Below are positions 12,394 to 25,410 of a DNA stretch of 64,000 nt, one piece after another. The notes under the pieces were generated by a model. The model was not told the origin of the DNA, ran no database searches, and saw only the letters and a program-made list of their open reading frames with translations. Position 1 is the first letter of the stretch. Each line of letters begins with the position of its first letter. A program made the position numbers and the translations under genes. The stretch covers positions 14,818,001 to 14,882,000 of the forward strand of contig OY740813.1 in NCBI GenBank assembly GCA_963514005.1, written 5' to 3'. This DNA comes from Raja brachyura. Lineage: Eukaryota.

Positions 12394-13709
12394 AAACTCA
12401 ACACTGGTCCTTGCCTTGGGGCAGAAATTATTCAGCCTCGAACAAGGAATGAAGCCAAGGATCCTTCCTGGTCTATAAGGATACATTGACCATGTGAATG
12501 AAACACATACCATTGAACATACTGGTATTTTTCTTCATACTCCCCTGGGGCTAATCCAATCTAAGCATCTTCTGAGACTGAAGTTAAATGCTGCAACCAG
12601 AAACAGATTGTTAGCAGGACTTTGGACGATACATGGACAGGAAAGGTTTAGAAGGATATGGGACAAATGCAGGCAAATGGGACCAGCTTGAATGGGGCAT
12701 CTTGGTCAGACTGGACAAGTCGGGGCAAACCTATGACAAAGGTGGAGATCCTGCATCAGGAATGAAAAAAAAAAAAATCACCCAGCAGAATCCACTGGTT
12801 TAAAAGGCAATTAAAGCGAATGCGTTTTCCCACAGCTGCCCCCCCCCCAGCCCCTCCCCCCTCTGCTCTCCCACCCCCTCTCCCTCTGCAGACATACACT
12901 CAGCTATCATTTTGCAGGGCACCTGCGCCCGTCTGCAATGACGAGATTGAGCTTCACATTGCATGGTATTTTGTGTTCCTCTGTGGACTTTGCTCTCCCT
13001 TGTAATTTAGGCACTGAAATTCAAATCAATTACCACTTGCAGCTGCACTGATGAAAGAGAGGAGGTGGAGCCTTTTAGCAAAAGAGAAAGATGTTAGAAG
13101 CTGATCGTTTTAATAAAGATGGCCAAGTGAGGGGCAAAAGTCAGGTGGTTTACTAAACGGGCTCACGAATTGTCAGGGTGGTCAGGTTATAACTGGTGCC
13201 ATTCTTCAGGTTCGCCCTGGCTTGTCTTGTCTTTGTCTTACCACAGATAATGTGCCCTTTCCTCCTAAGCCTCGGTCCATGGGCTGTGAGGCTGACTGGG
13301 GACAACCCCGGTAACATGCACAAACATATCAATCACCGTTAATTAATTAGACACAAAAAGCTGGAGTAACTCAACGGGACAGGCAACATCTCAGGAGAGA
13401 AGGAATGGGTGGCGTTTCGGGTCGAGACCCTCCTTCAGTCTGAATATAATTTGATGTAATGGACCATTTGAAGATACGAAAACTTACATGAATCACTCAA
13501 GTGACGTCATTGAAATTCTTGCAGCCCTCTAACAAGTAACCACAGATCTATCTTCCAATTGCCTTTTCAGCATATGTTTGGAAAACTTCTGGAGAATAGC
13601 TGCTAACCATCTTCCTCTCCAGGGCTTTACTGGGTTTTCCAGTGTATAGCTCAAATAATTTGTTTACGAATAATGCAGCTTCCAACATAATGCATCTCCC
13701 ATTCCAGAT

Positions 13710-14820
13710 GGTAGACAAAAATGCTGGAGAAACTAAGCGGGTGCAGCAGCATCTATGGAGCGAAGGAAATAGGCAACGTTTCAGGCCGAAACCCTTCTTC
13801 AGACTGATGTGAGGGTGGGGTGGGGGGGGGGGGGGGGGGGGAGAATAAAGGAAGAGGAAGAGCCAGAGGGCTAGAGGGAGAGCTGAGAAGGGGAGGAGAC
13901 AGTAAGGACTACCTGAAATTAGAGAAGTCAATGTTCATACCACTGGAGTACAAACTGCCCAAGCGAAATATGAGGTACTGCCCCTCCAATTTCCGGTGGT
14001 CCTCACTCTGGCCATGGAGGAGGCCCAGGACAGGAAGGTCGGATTCAGAATGGGAGGGGGAGTTGAAGTGCTGAGCCACCGGGAGATCAGGTTGGTTATT
14101 GCGGACCGAGCGGAGGTGTTCGGCGAAGCGATCGCCAAGCCTTGGTCTCACTGATGTAGATCAACTGACATCTAGAGCAGCGGATGCAATAGATGATGTT
14201 GGAGGAGGTGCAGGTGAACCTCTGTCACACCTGGAAAGACTTCTTGGGTCCTTTAATGGAGTCAAGGGGGAAGGTAAAGCGACAAGTGTGGCATTTCCCT
14301 TGCGGTTGTAAGGGAAAGTGCCAGGAGAGGGGCTGGTTCGGGTGGGAAGGGACGAATGGACCAGGGAGTTATGGAGGGCCGGTCTCTGTGGAAAGCAGAC
14401 AGGGAGGGAGATGGGAAGATGTGGAAAGTGGTGGGGTCACCTTGGAGGTGGCGAAAATGACGGAGGATTATTTGTTGTACGTGACGGCTGGTAGGGCGGA
14501 AGGTGAGGACAAGGAGGACTCTGCCCTTGTTACGAGTGGGGAGGGATGGGGAGAGAGAGCAGGGTGACGGGATATCGAAGAAACCCTGATGAGAGCCTCA
14601 TCTATGGTAGAAGAGGAGAACCCCCGTTCCCTAAAGAATGAGGACATCTCTGATGCTCTGGTGTGGAACACCTCATCCTGGGAGCAGATGTGGCTAAGAC
14701 AGAGGAATTGGGAGTAGGGGATGGAGTCCTTACAGGAAGCAGGGTGGGAAGAAGTCTAGTTCAGATAGCCATGGGAGTCAGTGGGTTTATAATGGATGTC
14801 AGTCAGAAGTCCATCACCTG
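13710..14820 (-). mobile_element. Penelope-like element, RT C-terminus + GIY-YIG endonuclease + pLTR, frameshifted
   Basis: FHTRASEMSSFFRERGF; RLGDRFAEHLRSV...VAQHFNSPSH...LIFRLGSLYSSGMNIDFSNFR; sense-strand hammerhead core at 13771-13805. Confidence 0.9.
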
Positions 14821-16049
14821 TTCAGGATAATCTGAACCAGTGCTAAACACTCACAGAATTGAGCTCCTCAATGACATGATAAGAAAGACCTGTGTATGGT
14901 TGACTCTGATTAGACACCAAATCATTTTAATAAGCAGTATGAGTTTTGGTATGTTTCTACGAGTCAAATGGGCAGAGGTTATAATGCCCATTATACTTGT
15001 TGTCTCGTAATATCTATTTTAAATTCACAATTTTTACTTCTGTATCACTTGCCTCAAACAATCAGAACCTTATCAGAGGACAGTATCTTTGCAGAAATGT
15101 AATGACATTGCATAGAGGACCCAAAGCAAATCTTCTCCCGCTGCTTGAAACAGACATGGCGACAAATGTTCCTCCATATAAGTCGTTTGAAAGTGTGGGG
15201 CTTTTTAATGAACCTCCACGTTTGGCAATGACTCCTCTCTTCCTCAGCAACCCTCAGACTTGATCCTAAATGTTACCTGCATTCAAGAGTTCACATGTAG
15301 GAGGCAACATTCAACAAGATTGAGAGAGGGGAAAGCGCAAAGGTCCTGTTCAAGTCTGCTCACTTCATTAGACCCACATAGTATAGCTCATAAAGTTTAC
15401 TAAGAGAAGATGAGGAGATGCCAAATTGACTTGGATCCATTACCAAAGCAGGAAGCCAAGATCAATATTTACAGAAGTTACTAATCATCTTCCCACCTCT
15501 ATTTCAGTCAACACAAACACTGAAACTACAGCTGAAATCTTGCTTCTTTTTAACTCCCCATTTGGTTCTTCATTCTTCCAAGATTCCAGTTCTGGTTAGG
15601 ATTGCACGCCTCAAAAGCTGAGCGCCCTTCACTGATTCAGCCAAGCAGCTGTTATTTTTTTAAACAGGAAAGTTGCCCGTTTCACTCCAGCATTGGCAGC
15701 GTTACTTCAGCTGTTCGAGTTCCTGGACTCGCAATTCCCTTGATAAAACCTCCCCTGTTATGCTTGAAGATGCTGCTTACAGCTCAACCCTGACCATAAT
15801 CTTGGTCACTGCTTCTACTCATATTTTGTGCAGCGAGGCCCCAATATCTGAGCAAAGGATGGGTTGCTCTATAGCACAGGAGGCTGGTAGATGTTGTGCC
15901 TGCACATTCGCTCTGAAATGTTGACTCTTGATGGAAAATTTGACTGGCATCGAAGCTCTATCTTCTCTTCAACCAATGCCCATATACACTGTGCCCTTCC
16001 CTTAGTAAATCATTAGCGCACGATAAGGCCCCGATCACAGGTGAACATA

Positions 16050-16222
16050 GAGACAGATGGCTGAACTTTTATTGCCTCCCCTCACAGGGGAACATTGATG
16101 GGGATGTTCATGTTAAATTCTATCGTGTGTTGTGTTCTTTTTATTTGTATGGCTGTATGGCAACCCAAATCTCGCTGTGCCAATTGGTACAGTGACAATA
16201 ACTGTAAACTTGAACTCGTACT
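16050..16222 (+). mobile_element. short retroposon 3' end with L2/Rex-type tail
   Basis: aaatctcgctgtgccaattggtacagtgacaataa plus short repeat tail; upstream part resembles 27600-27750. Confidence 0.5.
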
Positions 16223-17574
16223 TGAAAGCATTCATATACTGGTTCATTTCAATATTTTGCCTTTCTTTACCCATTATGGGCATATTGAGGTTGTGATGTC
16301 CATTCTTTGAATGTTACCTTGGAGTGGCTTCTGCTGCATTGAATGCCTGGATTGATTTAGGACATCTTAGTGTAACCTTGAAATAGATTCTCCAGTTTCA
16401 TTAAAAAAAATGTAATTAAGTTTTCTTCATAATAAAGAGGCTGTAAACAATACATCAGACATTACAGCACAGCGCCTCTGTGCTTTGTACCAAGCTGGCT
16501 TCAGTTTGGAAACTAACTGTAAACTTTTTGTTTGGCCACGATTCACTGTGGACTAAACAGTGATCCTGTCCTTCTAAGCAAATGTATTTTACATTGGCAT
16601 CAGATCACTACATTCCCTCACAGTTGACAGCAAAAAAGTGACAGTGCTAACAATCACTGACTGTGCGCAAGAGTTCATTCAAACCCTTCGTGCTTCCCTT
16701 GCTGCCAAACTCACAAAAGCCTCTTCTCTCTTCCTCTGCCATTCTTTCAATTGCAAAGGAGGGAATAAAACCTCCCCGCATCCTCCTCCTAACAGCTTAA
16801 TTCTTGGAATTAAGAGAAGAAATAAGGAAAAGCTAGGTGGTGCCAACAGATCGAAAACATCAAGCACAAAGCTCTCTCTTGTTCACAGTTTGGACTGAGT
16901 CGAAACCAAGGCTTTGGGCGATTGCATTAGTTCCAATCATCCAGCAATACTTAGAGTATTTCAATACTTGAAATACTCTATTTCAATCTATAGAACTCTC
17001 AAATCAGGGGAAGCCATTAATTCTCACTTCATCACTAGATCTATAGTTGTAGGGCAGTATAGAAGGGAATCTGGCTCTTCAGCTAACCTTGTCCATGTCG
17101 ACCAAGTTGGCATATTGGGCTAGTCCCATTTCCTGTAAGTGGCTCATATCCTTCTAAACACGCCCTATTCATATATCTGTACAATTGTATTTTAAAAGTC
17201 ATAATTTTCTTGTCATTTCTGGTCTATTTATGCCACATTCATCAGACGTTCGGCAAACTTCCTTCTCCTGTCCTTCCAAAGGGGCAAATACAAAGCCTCT
17301 CCACTCTGCGTTTTCTACCAGTTTGTATTAAGACATTTGAATTATAATTTTCTTGATGAGATTCCCTGCAACCTTTTTACTGTTAGGAAGTTAACATTCC
17401 CTGTCATGGAACACTTCACCCTCCTCCAAACAAACTCTGAGCCCAAACTTTACTTAAACTCAACCATTGTAAACACAATAAACAAAAGAAAATTCAATAA
17501 ATCAATTAAAATATTATTGCAAAACAAAAGCTGTAAGTCCCGAGTGCAATCAGGACACTTCATAGATTATTTGG

Positions 17575-17965
17575 TGTTTGTAGTCTTCACGAGCCTGTTC
17601 CTGAACCTGGAAGTCACAGTTTTCAGACCCTTATATATTCTTCCTGATGGCAGGTGTGAAATGAGAGCATGGCCAGGGTGGTGAAGGTCCTTGATGATGC
17701 TGGCTGCCTTTTTGAAGTAGCACCTCCAATAGACCTCTTCGATGGTTGGGAGGTCAGAACCCGTGATGGCCCAGACAGTGTCCACCACTTTTTGTAATCT
17801 CCTTCTCCCCAGGGCAGAGTTGCAGAACCAACCAGATGCGATCGATCAATATGCAATCAATAAATATGTTCTCTACTATACACATGTAGAGGTTCAAGAG
17901 AATATTCATTAACATTCCAAATCTCCGCAATGTTCTATTCATTAACATTCCAAATCTCCGCAGCT
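17575..17965 (-). mobile_element. Rex1/Babar-like LINE ORF C-terminal fragment
   Basis: ITGSDLPTIEEVY...KKAASIIKDLHHPGHALISHLPSGRIYKGLKTVTSRFRN. Confidence 0.8.
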
Positions 17966-19219
17966 GCAGAATGGGAATATTTGAGACATACAAGTACAGA
18001 ATCAGGCCCTTCGGCCCAACTTGTCCATGTCGAACAACATGTCCCATCTTAGCTAATCCCATTTGCCCGTGCCTGGTCCATATCCCTATGTACATTTCCT
18101 ATCCATGTACCTGTCCAAACATCTCACCCTGATACATTCTGTTAACATTAAAACCACATTGCTCACTTGACTGACAATTAAGACTCTTTTCATGCACACA
18201 TTGGTAGCTCAAATTACAAAAGAGAGCCCTCCGCCAAGATTGCTTACTTGCCGTCATTCACCATCATGATATCAACGAGACACGATGTTGACATTCTTGT
18301 GGTGTAACTTCTGGCAATGTTACAAGCCAGATTAAATTTACAGGTTGCTTATGTCCAACTCAGAACATTGGGCAGAGAATTCTACTGCAGTATACAGATA
18401 TTTGGAATTGTATATTTTGGAACAACTTTCCCTTCAAAGTATTAGTGGGTGCTGCACAAACATAAACCTGAACAGATTGTTGTGGGTGGACATCAGTGTT
18501 GGATGTTAATATAATTATAGTCAACCATCATATCTTTCTATTGTTTACTTTTCCTTGGCTAGAATCCAGTGTGGCTGCGTGTGTGTAGGTGGTACTCATT
18601 TCTCACTTCTTGTACCGTTCCTTTCTTGTTCTGTATTCTTTCATTTATTCTCTCAATTCTCATCTCACACCAACTCATATTATTTTTTGAGTGAGATGGT
18701 AAAAACATGTACAATAAATGCTACATTAAATGTAATAAATATAATCCGTCTGCCATCATCGATGTAGAGCTTGACATATTCCATTTTTGCTCTAGATTCA
18801 ATTCAGACCTGAATTTACTTCAGTTAATGCTCATCAAAATAGATTATTTCCCTTTAACAAAAAAAACTATCAAGAGTTCTTCAGCATTTTGTCTTTCTAA
18901 AGTGCAATAACAACGCATCGACATTCAAACTCACATAACCCTGTTAAAATTAATCACTTTCACCTAGATCGCCATCGTCATGTTATTGGGCGGCATGTGA
19001 CAGAAATAAAATTGGTTTATTGTGTAGAAGATCATGTTGGAAATCGATGTCAGATTTTGGAAAAACAAAAGTAGCGGAAGACCCAGACTCACTACTATAG
19101 CCATGTGCCTTTTTTCAGCAATATCTGTCAACTAACAACACCCCTCCGCAATCTTAAGAAGGGTTCCGACCTGAAACGTCACCTATCCATGTTGTCCAGG
19201 GATGATGCTTGCTGAGTTA

Positions 19220-19466
19220 AGGGCCTGTCCCACTTGGGCGTCATTTGCGCAACATCATTTACGCGTCACGACGCACATGATTTACGCGACATCATTTACG
19301 TGCGTCGTGACGCACACGTGATGCACGCATGGTGCGCATTACACACGCATGATGATGTAGGCAATGACGCGCGGTCGTGCACGGCGCCCCCAGGATTTTT
19401 GGATGTACAAAATCTTTGCGCGCCATTTGCGTGACGCGCAAGTGACGCCCAAGTGGGACAGGCCAT
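19220..19466. mobile_element. PIF/Harbinger-type MITE (family A)
   Basis: TIR AGGGCCTGTCCCACTTGGGCGTCA.TTGCGC; TTA TSD confirmed by the host repeat ctgagTTActccag; CpG-rich interior. Confidence 0.85.
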
Positions 19467-20210
19467 TTACTCCAGTATTTTGTGTCTTTCTAAATGTGGC
19501 AGACATTCCTTGTGGAGCCACTGGGTTAGGACTGAGTGGCACTGCAGCACACACAATGAAATCAATGAATATTTTCAGTGCCTGGCAATGCTGTTGAAAT
19601 ACTTGCCACTCTTTGGAGTCAATACAAACTTAATTCTAAGCAATTTTATAAAGGTTTTCAGCCAATTTATTTTTCCTCCTGAAAGTTTTTAGGACAGATT
19701 CACGCCAAGTAACCATTCTCCACCTTCTCTCCAGTGCAGTTATCCACAAGCTTGTTGAAGGGTCATTTGTGCATTGGGTATTTAGTTCAAGCCAAAACTA
19801 GTACCTTCCCAACACCATTGGCTTAATGGTTAGGAGCAGATGATTCATCTAAAATTCCCCCCTCCCTCATCCCCATATTTACTCCATGGTTAAGCCCATT
19901 ACTCCTCTGCCATTGAACCAAATTGACACAACACAGTTTAGTTGTCTCACCTCAACAGACTCATTGGATGGGAGCCTAAGACCTTTTGTTCTGGGTACTC
20001 CGTCCCTTGCAGGGAAAGGGGAAAATCAACATTATTCACTCTAACTTTCTGGCTTAATGACTATTCTGTTGAAGTGTTTTTTAACTGAAATCTAAATCCT
20101 GTTATTGAGGACAGAAAGACTATTTTGAAATTATTAGGGCCAGATCGTAACCAAGTCACATTTCTTAGGGTACATCAGTTGCCTTTCAGATAAATAGGAG
20201 AGGGACTTAC

Positions 20211-20250
20211 CTTGACATATTCTGACTTGGAATCCATATTCTGTAGGTTA
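20211..20250 (-). CDS. SH2D3C: SH2D3C exon 3 (40 bp; (S)NLQNMDSKSEYVK)
   Basis: Acceptor tttttacctcaacag|T, donor GTC AAG|gtaagt; phase 2 in, phase 0 out. Ends in EYVK like the DYVK/EYVK preceding FSKE in SH2D3C/BCAR3. Confidence 0.88.
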
Positions 20251-20449
20251 CTGTTGAGGTAAAAACATTAAAATATATATATATTTTTGTATACAATTAG
20301 CATCAGGAAGATGACAAGCATTACAATGGTTCATTAAACTGATTCTTGGAATTGGGAGAAATTGTCCAGTGAGGAGTGATTAAGTAGACTGCGTCTATAA
20401 TCTCTCGAGTATAGCAGGATATATCATTAAAACATACAACATTTTCATT

Positions 20450-20660
20450 GCCAAAAACAATCTTCTGGTAGAACACAGTGGATCAGGCAGCATCTGTGGA
20501 AGGAAATGGACAGAGGGCGTTGTCCGGGTCAGGATCCTTCTTTAGAAGAAGAATCCCAACCTGAAACATCGTGTGTCAATTTCCTTAGACAGATGCTGCC
20601 TGATCCACTGTGTTCCCCCAGAAGATAATTTTTTGCACAAGATTCCAGCTCCAGCATTTG
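20450..20660. mobile_element. degraded Penelope-derived fold-back insertion
   Basis: Inverted arms gaacacagtggatcaggcagcatctgt / acagatgctgcctgatccactgtgttc; decayed hammerhead boxes. Confidence 0.7.
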
Positions 20661-21904
20661 CAGCTTGGCACGGGTGTACAGAGCTGATGGATGTGTTTAT
20701 GTGTTGTATAATTGTATGATTCTACAAAAGCATCTCAGCAGGGACCTTGTGAACAAATCATCCATTTATTTTCTTACCCTGGGAAGACCATCAGAATAAT
20801 AAAAATTCTGGGGAGAAGATAAAAACCTTCAGTGTTTCTCCTCTTCATACCCACCCACTGCATTTGAATTAGACAAGTTCGCAGAGAGCCCTTCAAATAG
20901 CACCAACTCACATCACATACAGTCCATTGTACTTTTCCTAGTTCGTCCATGCTAAAATCCAAACTTCCCTCTCTCTACATTGTCAGAGTGTTGAATCAAG
21001 GCTCATCAAGTAGACTTCTCCCATTGCTCATTTTCACTTAACTTCAAAAGCACTGAACTTCAAGGAAATGCCATCTTCCTCCATCCATGCACTTCCAACC
21101 CACACGTGACCATGCCCAACCCCTGATTTCTAGACTGACGTTTGATTCATTCCTACACCTTGATTTTCCACGCCATTTTCCTCAGTTTTTCATTCTAATT
21201 TCTCGTATAAAAATCAAATGATTCCTGAACTTGGATAGAGGGTGCTTAAACCTCGGCTTTCACACTAGAATTTTTGTAACTTTTTTTCTTGGAAACAGCT
21301 AACGCAGCAAACTGATGAATCACGAGAGATGAGTATAACGACCCAGCCCACTTTAGCTTTGTATACCCAAAGGGAAAGGCAGGGTTGGTTATTAATGGTC
21401 CACTTGGGGTTACATTTGAACTTCCAGCTATTCAAAGCCTGAGCTGGGAACGGAATCTGCAACCGACATTTGAACAGAACCATTTCCTACTGAGCTTCCT
21501 GGCCTGATTACTCATGTCATCTTTAAGCCAAGGGGAGTCCAGATCTTAAAGGAACCTTTCAGTCCTGTAGAGGGTCTCAGACGATACTGAAAGAAAGCTG
21601 ACAGAAGTCTTTGCAAGTATGAAAAGCTTGGAAGAGGTAAGCACAGGAATAACATTTTCATTTTGAAATTAGCGAAGAGGCCATGCATGTAATAGTCACT
21701 AATTCAGGAGAAATCTCACTACCAGACAGTAGTTAGCACATAGATTTCATAACTTTGACAGAGCTCAATATATCATTAGTCTAGCGATACAAAAAAGAGA
21801 GAAAGGAATACGCATTCAAAAGACATTTGGGCAGATATATGTATAAGAAGGGTTCAGTGAGCTGTGAGCCAAATACAGTCAAATGGGATTTGCCCTGTAT
21901 TCCA

Positions 21905-22265
21905 ACTCGCGTTGAAACAGGCCCTTCAGCCCACCAAGTCCATACCAACTATCGATTCTGGATGATCAGCCATGATATTGAATGGCAGTGCTGGCTCGAA
22001 GGGCCGAATGACCTACTCCTGCACCTGCCTTCTATGTTTCTATGTTTCATCCACTCGCTACACAATAGGGGCAATTTACAGAGGCCAATTAACCTGCAGA
22101 CCCGCATTGGTTTGGGATGTGGGAGGAAACCGGAGCACCTGGAGGAATCCCACACAGTCAGAGAGAAAACGTGCAAACTCCACACAGACAGTATCCACAG
22201 TCAGGATAAAACCTGGGTCTTTAGCACTGTGAGGCATCGGCTCTACCAGCTGCACCACAGTGCCT
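21905..22265 (-). mobile_element. HE1-type SINE with nested plus-strand HER1 3' tail (about 21958-22048)
   Basis: V-domain on minus; the insert has gatcagccatgat...gaatgacctactcctgcacc and (tttctatg)n. Confidence 0.8.
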
Positions 22266-24009
22266 CCCTCTTGCGCCAGTCCAAGAATTTCACCTTTAGA
22301 GGCACAATACTAATGCCCCCATGTCATGCCTCTTAATCATGGTCGGTATGGACAGTTAGGCCTAATAGCTTTGCCCCTTGTTTTACAGCCCTATGAATCT
22401 ACGAGAATTATGATAGCAATACGAAATGATGAAAGGTGGGAGGAGAGCAACAACGATCAGTTGGGCAACATGGCCTGGTTCAACGTTGTCTCAAGTTCAT
22501 CACAAACTGTATCAGGCCTATGGTATGAATGTTGATAGCCTCATTGAAACAATGATTTATTCCCATTCACTGTCAAGGTGTTTAAGGATAAAAATGTGAT
22601 TTTAGAACACTGGGTCTGAAACGCACAAAACTATCTCAGTGAAAAAATGCACGAGACCATTTCAAAGGTCCAAAAAAAATGTTTACTTGTGACATGGTAT
22701 GGCCCTATCTCCTCACAGCTGTTGAGGTGGGGAAGGTCACTGAACATGCATGCAAAATGTGGTCCGGATTAAATTCATTTGAAACACAAAACACTAAGCC
22801 TGACATTGCTAACACTGACGCAAGTCCCCTCTACATTAGGTGAGAACAGAATTAAGGCTTCCTTCATAAGGACATCAAGTACATTCTGGTGGAAGATCGT
22901 CTGTTCCTGTAACACTCACAGCAGCAGCACCTTTTGAACTCAGGAACTTGCAATCAGAACATATCCTTCCATCTGCAACCGGCTTGAATCTGAAGTTTAA
23001 CCCCTTCATCCCATCTCTCAAATCTAATTTAAATTTTTAGAATCACTTTTTTGCACGTTGTCATTACACTCTACAAAAAATCCTTTTTTAATTATCATAG
23101 GAACCAAATTACAAAATTAACCCTGGGTAATATTCTGCCAATTATACATACGCAAGATGCAATAGATTTGGAAACCATGATCATAAAAATAAATTAGTTG
23201 AATATTTTAAATGAAAGCACACGTTGGTACCTGCATGGCCCAGTTGTAGAGAATGGTCTACTCTTGTTCCTAAACCAGGAATATTGCACCTTCAGTCCAG
23301 GTTAGGTGGTCACTTGATAGGGGGGGTTAGAAACTAGACAAATCTAAGTTCAGCAGCCAGATGTTCCTTTGCGTGTAGAGTAGGATATGGAAACCTCTCA
23401 AACGGTGTAATTCAATAATAAGAGCCACCCTGGAGACTCCCAAAAGCAAGAGGGTGGGTAGAAAGTAAATACTCATAATCCAGCCACTGAGAATACATCG
23501 GGACAACCAAACAACCAAGATCACTTTCCAATACTAAATGTTTTGATGCGGTGAACTGCATTGGTGGAAGTTAATGTTTCAGTCTGCTTCCCATTCCCAT
23601 TGTGAGCAATATTTGATTTTTAAAGGGGAGGGGGAAGGGGCATATTTGAAGAAGAAATTAAAATCAATTACCATGACGTAAAATGCCTATTAACAAGCTA
23701 TTAATATGATTGAAAACATGGTAACTGCGCACCAATATATGGTTGTGTAATGGTGCTATTAATTAACTGCAGTAACTCTTTTTCCTTTCAGTAATCTTTT
23801 ATTTAAAATTTAATGAGGAGCATTATTCCCCGCCTTCATTGAATGCACTAAGTCTCAGCATTGGTTCAAAGTTGCTGATTGCCCTTCAACAGGCTAAGTG
23901 CAGTCTGTTTTAATGTGAGAACTCAAATGTGAGTGTGGACAATGTGCCAATGAACATCCGCACAACTACTTAAAACTTGGGTCACCACTATGCCAGGACC
24001 AGGCATAGT

Positions 24010-24395
24010 CATAGTGTTGGACCACACTGAGACATGACCTTTAGCCCATCTTGCCCATGCCAACCAAGTTGGCATATTGGGTTAATTCCATTGGATTGTA
24101 TTTGGCCCATAGCCCTTTGAACCCTTCCTATCCATATACCTGTCCACATATACTTAATAAAGTGCAATATACTACACAAATATACCAAATAAGACGTAAT
24201 TGCATCTGGTTCTATAGCTTCATTCCAGATATGGACCACCCGCTGAGTGGATAAGTTGCCCCTGAGATTCCCCTTTGATCTCTCCACTCTCCCCTTAAGC
24301 CTTTAGTTTTAGAATCCTCTACTCTGGGGAAAAAAAGACAATAAGCATTCACTTTATCCATGCCTCTCATGATCTTGTCCATCTCAATCAGGTCA
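24010..24395 (-). mobile_element. CR1/HER1 3' fragment
   Basis: DLIEMDKIMRGMDKV; GNLRGNLSTQRVVHIWNE. Confidence 0.8.
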
Positions 24396-25029
24396 CTTGC
24401 ATGATCTTGTTCTTCATTAAACATGAGGATTGAAGGTTATTTTTGTTAAACGCAATTGCAATTTTTCAGATCATCTAACCATAGGAATTGTGGTCTTTCT
24501 ACTCTCGATGGTTCAATCACCAACTGAGCCTATAGGGAAATCTCAATAATAGCGCTGTGTATTGAAATGTCAACGATCATCTCCTTTATGAGCAGTCCAT
24601 ACAGAAAGAGTGAAGACTCTGAAATGTAAGCAACAAGTTTTAATGGCAAATTAAAGGCATAAAGTTTTGTAAGGGGCAATGAAAAGGGGATTTGTTGTTG
24701 ATTGGCGAATATAAAGTGTGAGTGATCAGCCCTCGAAGAGTGGGAATTTGCTGACAGATGTTTGGACAAGTGGTGAGTGTACAGGGCTTCTTGGTGTCAA
24801 GAATGCAGCTTGTTGCACGTGTCAAGTTACATATCCAAAAGCAGCTGTTTTCAGGAGCATCCTGATAAAGTGTGGAGCAGATCAGGCTGGTGTGGAGCAC
24901 GCTGTCTGCAAACTAGTCTACCTTTAACATCACTGGTTCTTTGGGGTGACTAAACATTTTAGGGAAAAAAAACATAGATTTTATATTTACATATTGTCTC
25001 ACAATTTCAAAGTTTTTAAATTAGAACTT

Positions 25030-25410
25030 TATAAAAATATAAAGATACAAAGTTTACAAGATCAAGGGGGACATAAAGCTCAGTCCTTTCCCCAGGGTAG
25101 ATGATTCCCATGGGGGGGGGGGGGGGGAAGCATAGGCTTAAGGTGAGATGGAAGTGATTTAAGCAGGACCTCCTGAACAACCTTTTCACAGAGGGTAGCC
25201 CTTATCTGAATGAGCTGCTAGAGGAAGCTGGAGAAGCAAATGCAATTATGACTTTTATAAAGCATTTGGGTAGATCTATAGATAGAAAACATGTAGAGGG
25301 CTGTAGGCTAAATGCAGGCAAATGGGATTAGCACAGTGTTCAAACTTGGTCCGCATGGGCAAGGTGGGCTGAAGGGCCAGGTTCCTGATGCTGTACAGCT
25401 CTATGAATCA
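25030..25410 (+). mobile_element. CR1/HER1 3' fragment
   Basis: Decayed ORF2 end and tail gggctgaagggcc...gctgtacagctctatga. Confidence 0.7.

Noticed and set aside
13812-13842. Poly-G/C runs (also near 10293, 25112, 31966, 34758) as functional G-quadruplexes
   Set aside because: Mostly slippage expansions within repeats, and homopolymer lengths are error-prone; no further support.
15062-15250. 62 aa minus-strand ORF as an SH2D3C exon
   Set aside because: No recognisable homology, and it stops before any convincing donor.
17903-17962. 27 bp direct repeat with 33 bp period
   Set aside because: Ordinary local duplication at the truncated 5' junction of a Rex-like fragment.
1-20210. SH2-domain exons (FSKEKY..., WYHGRIPR)
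   Set aside because: Not found by eye; presumed to lie left of the window.
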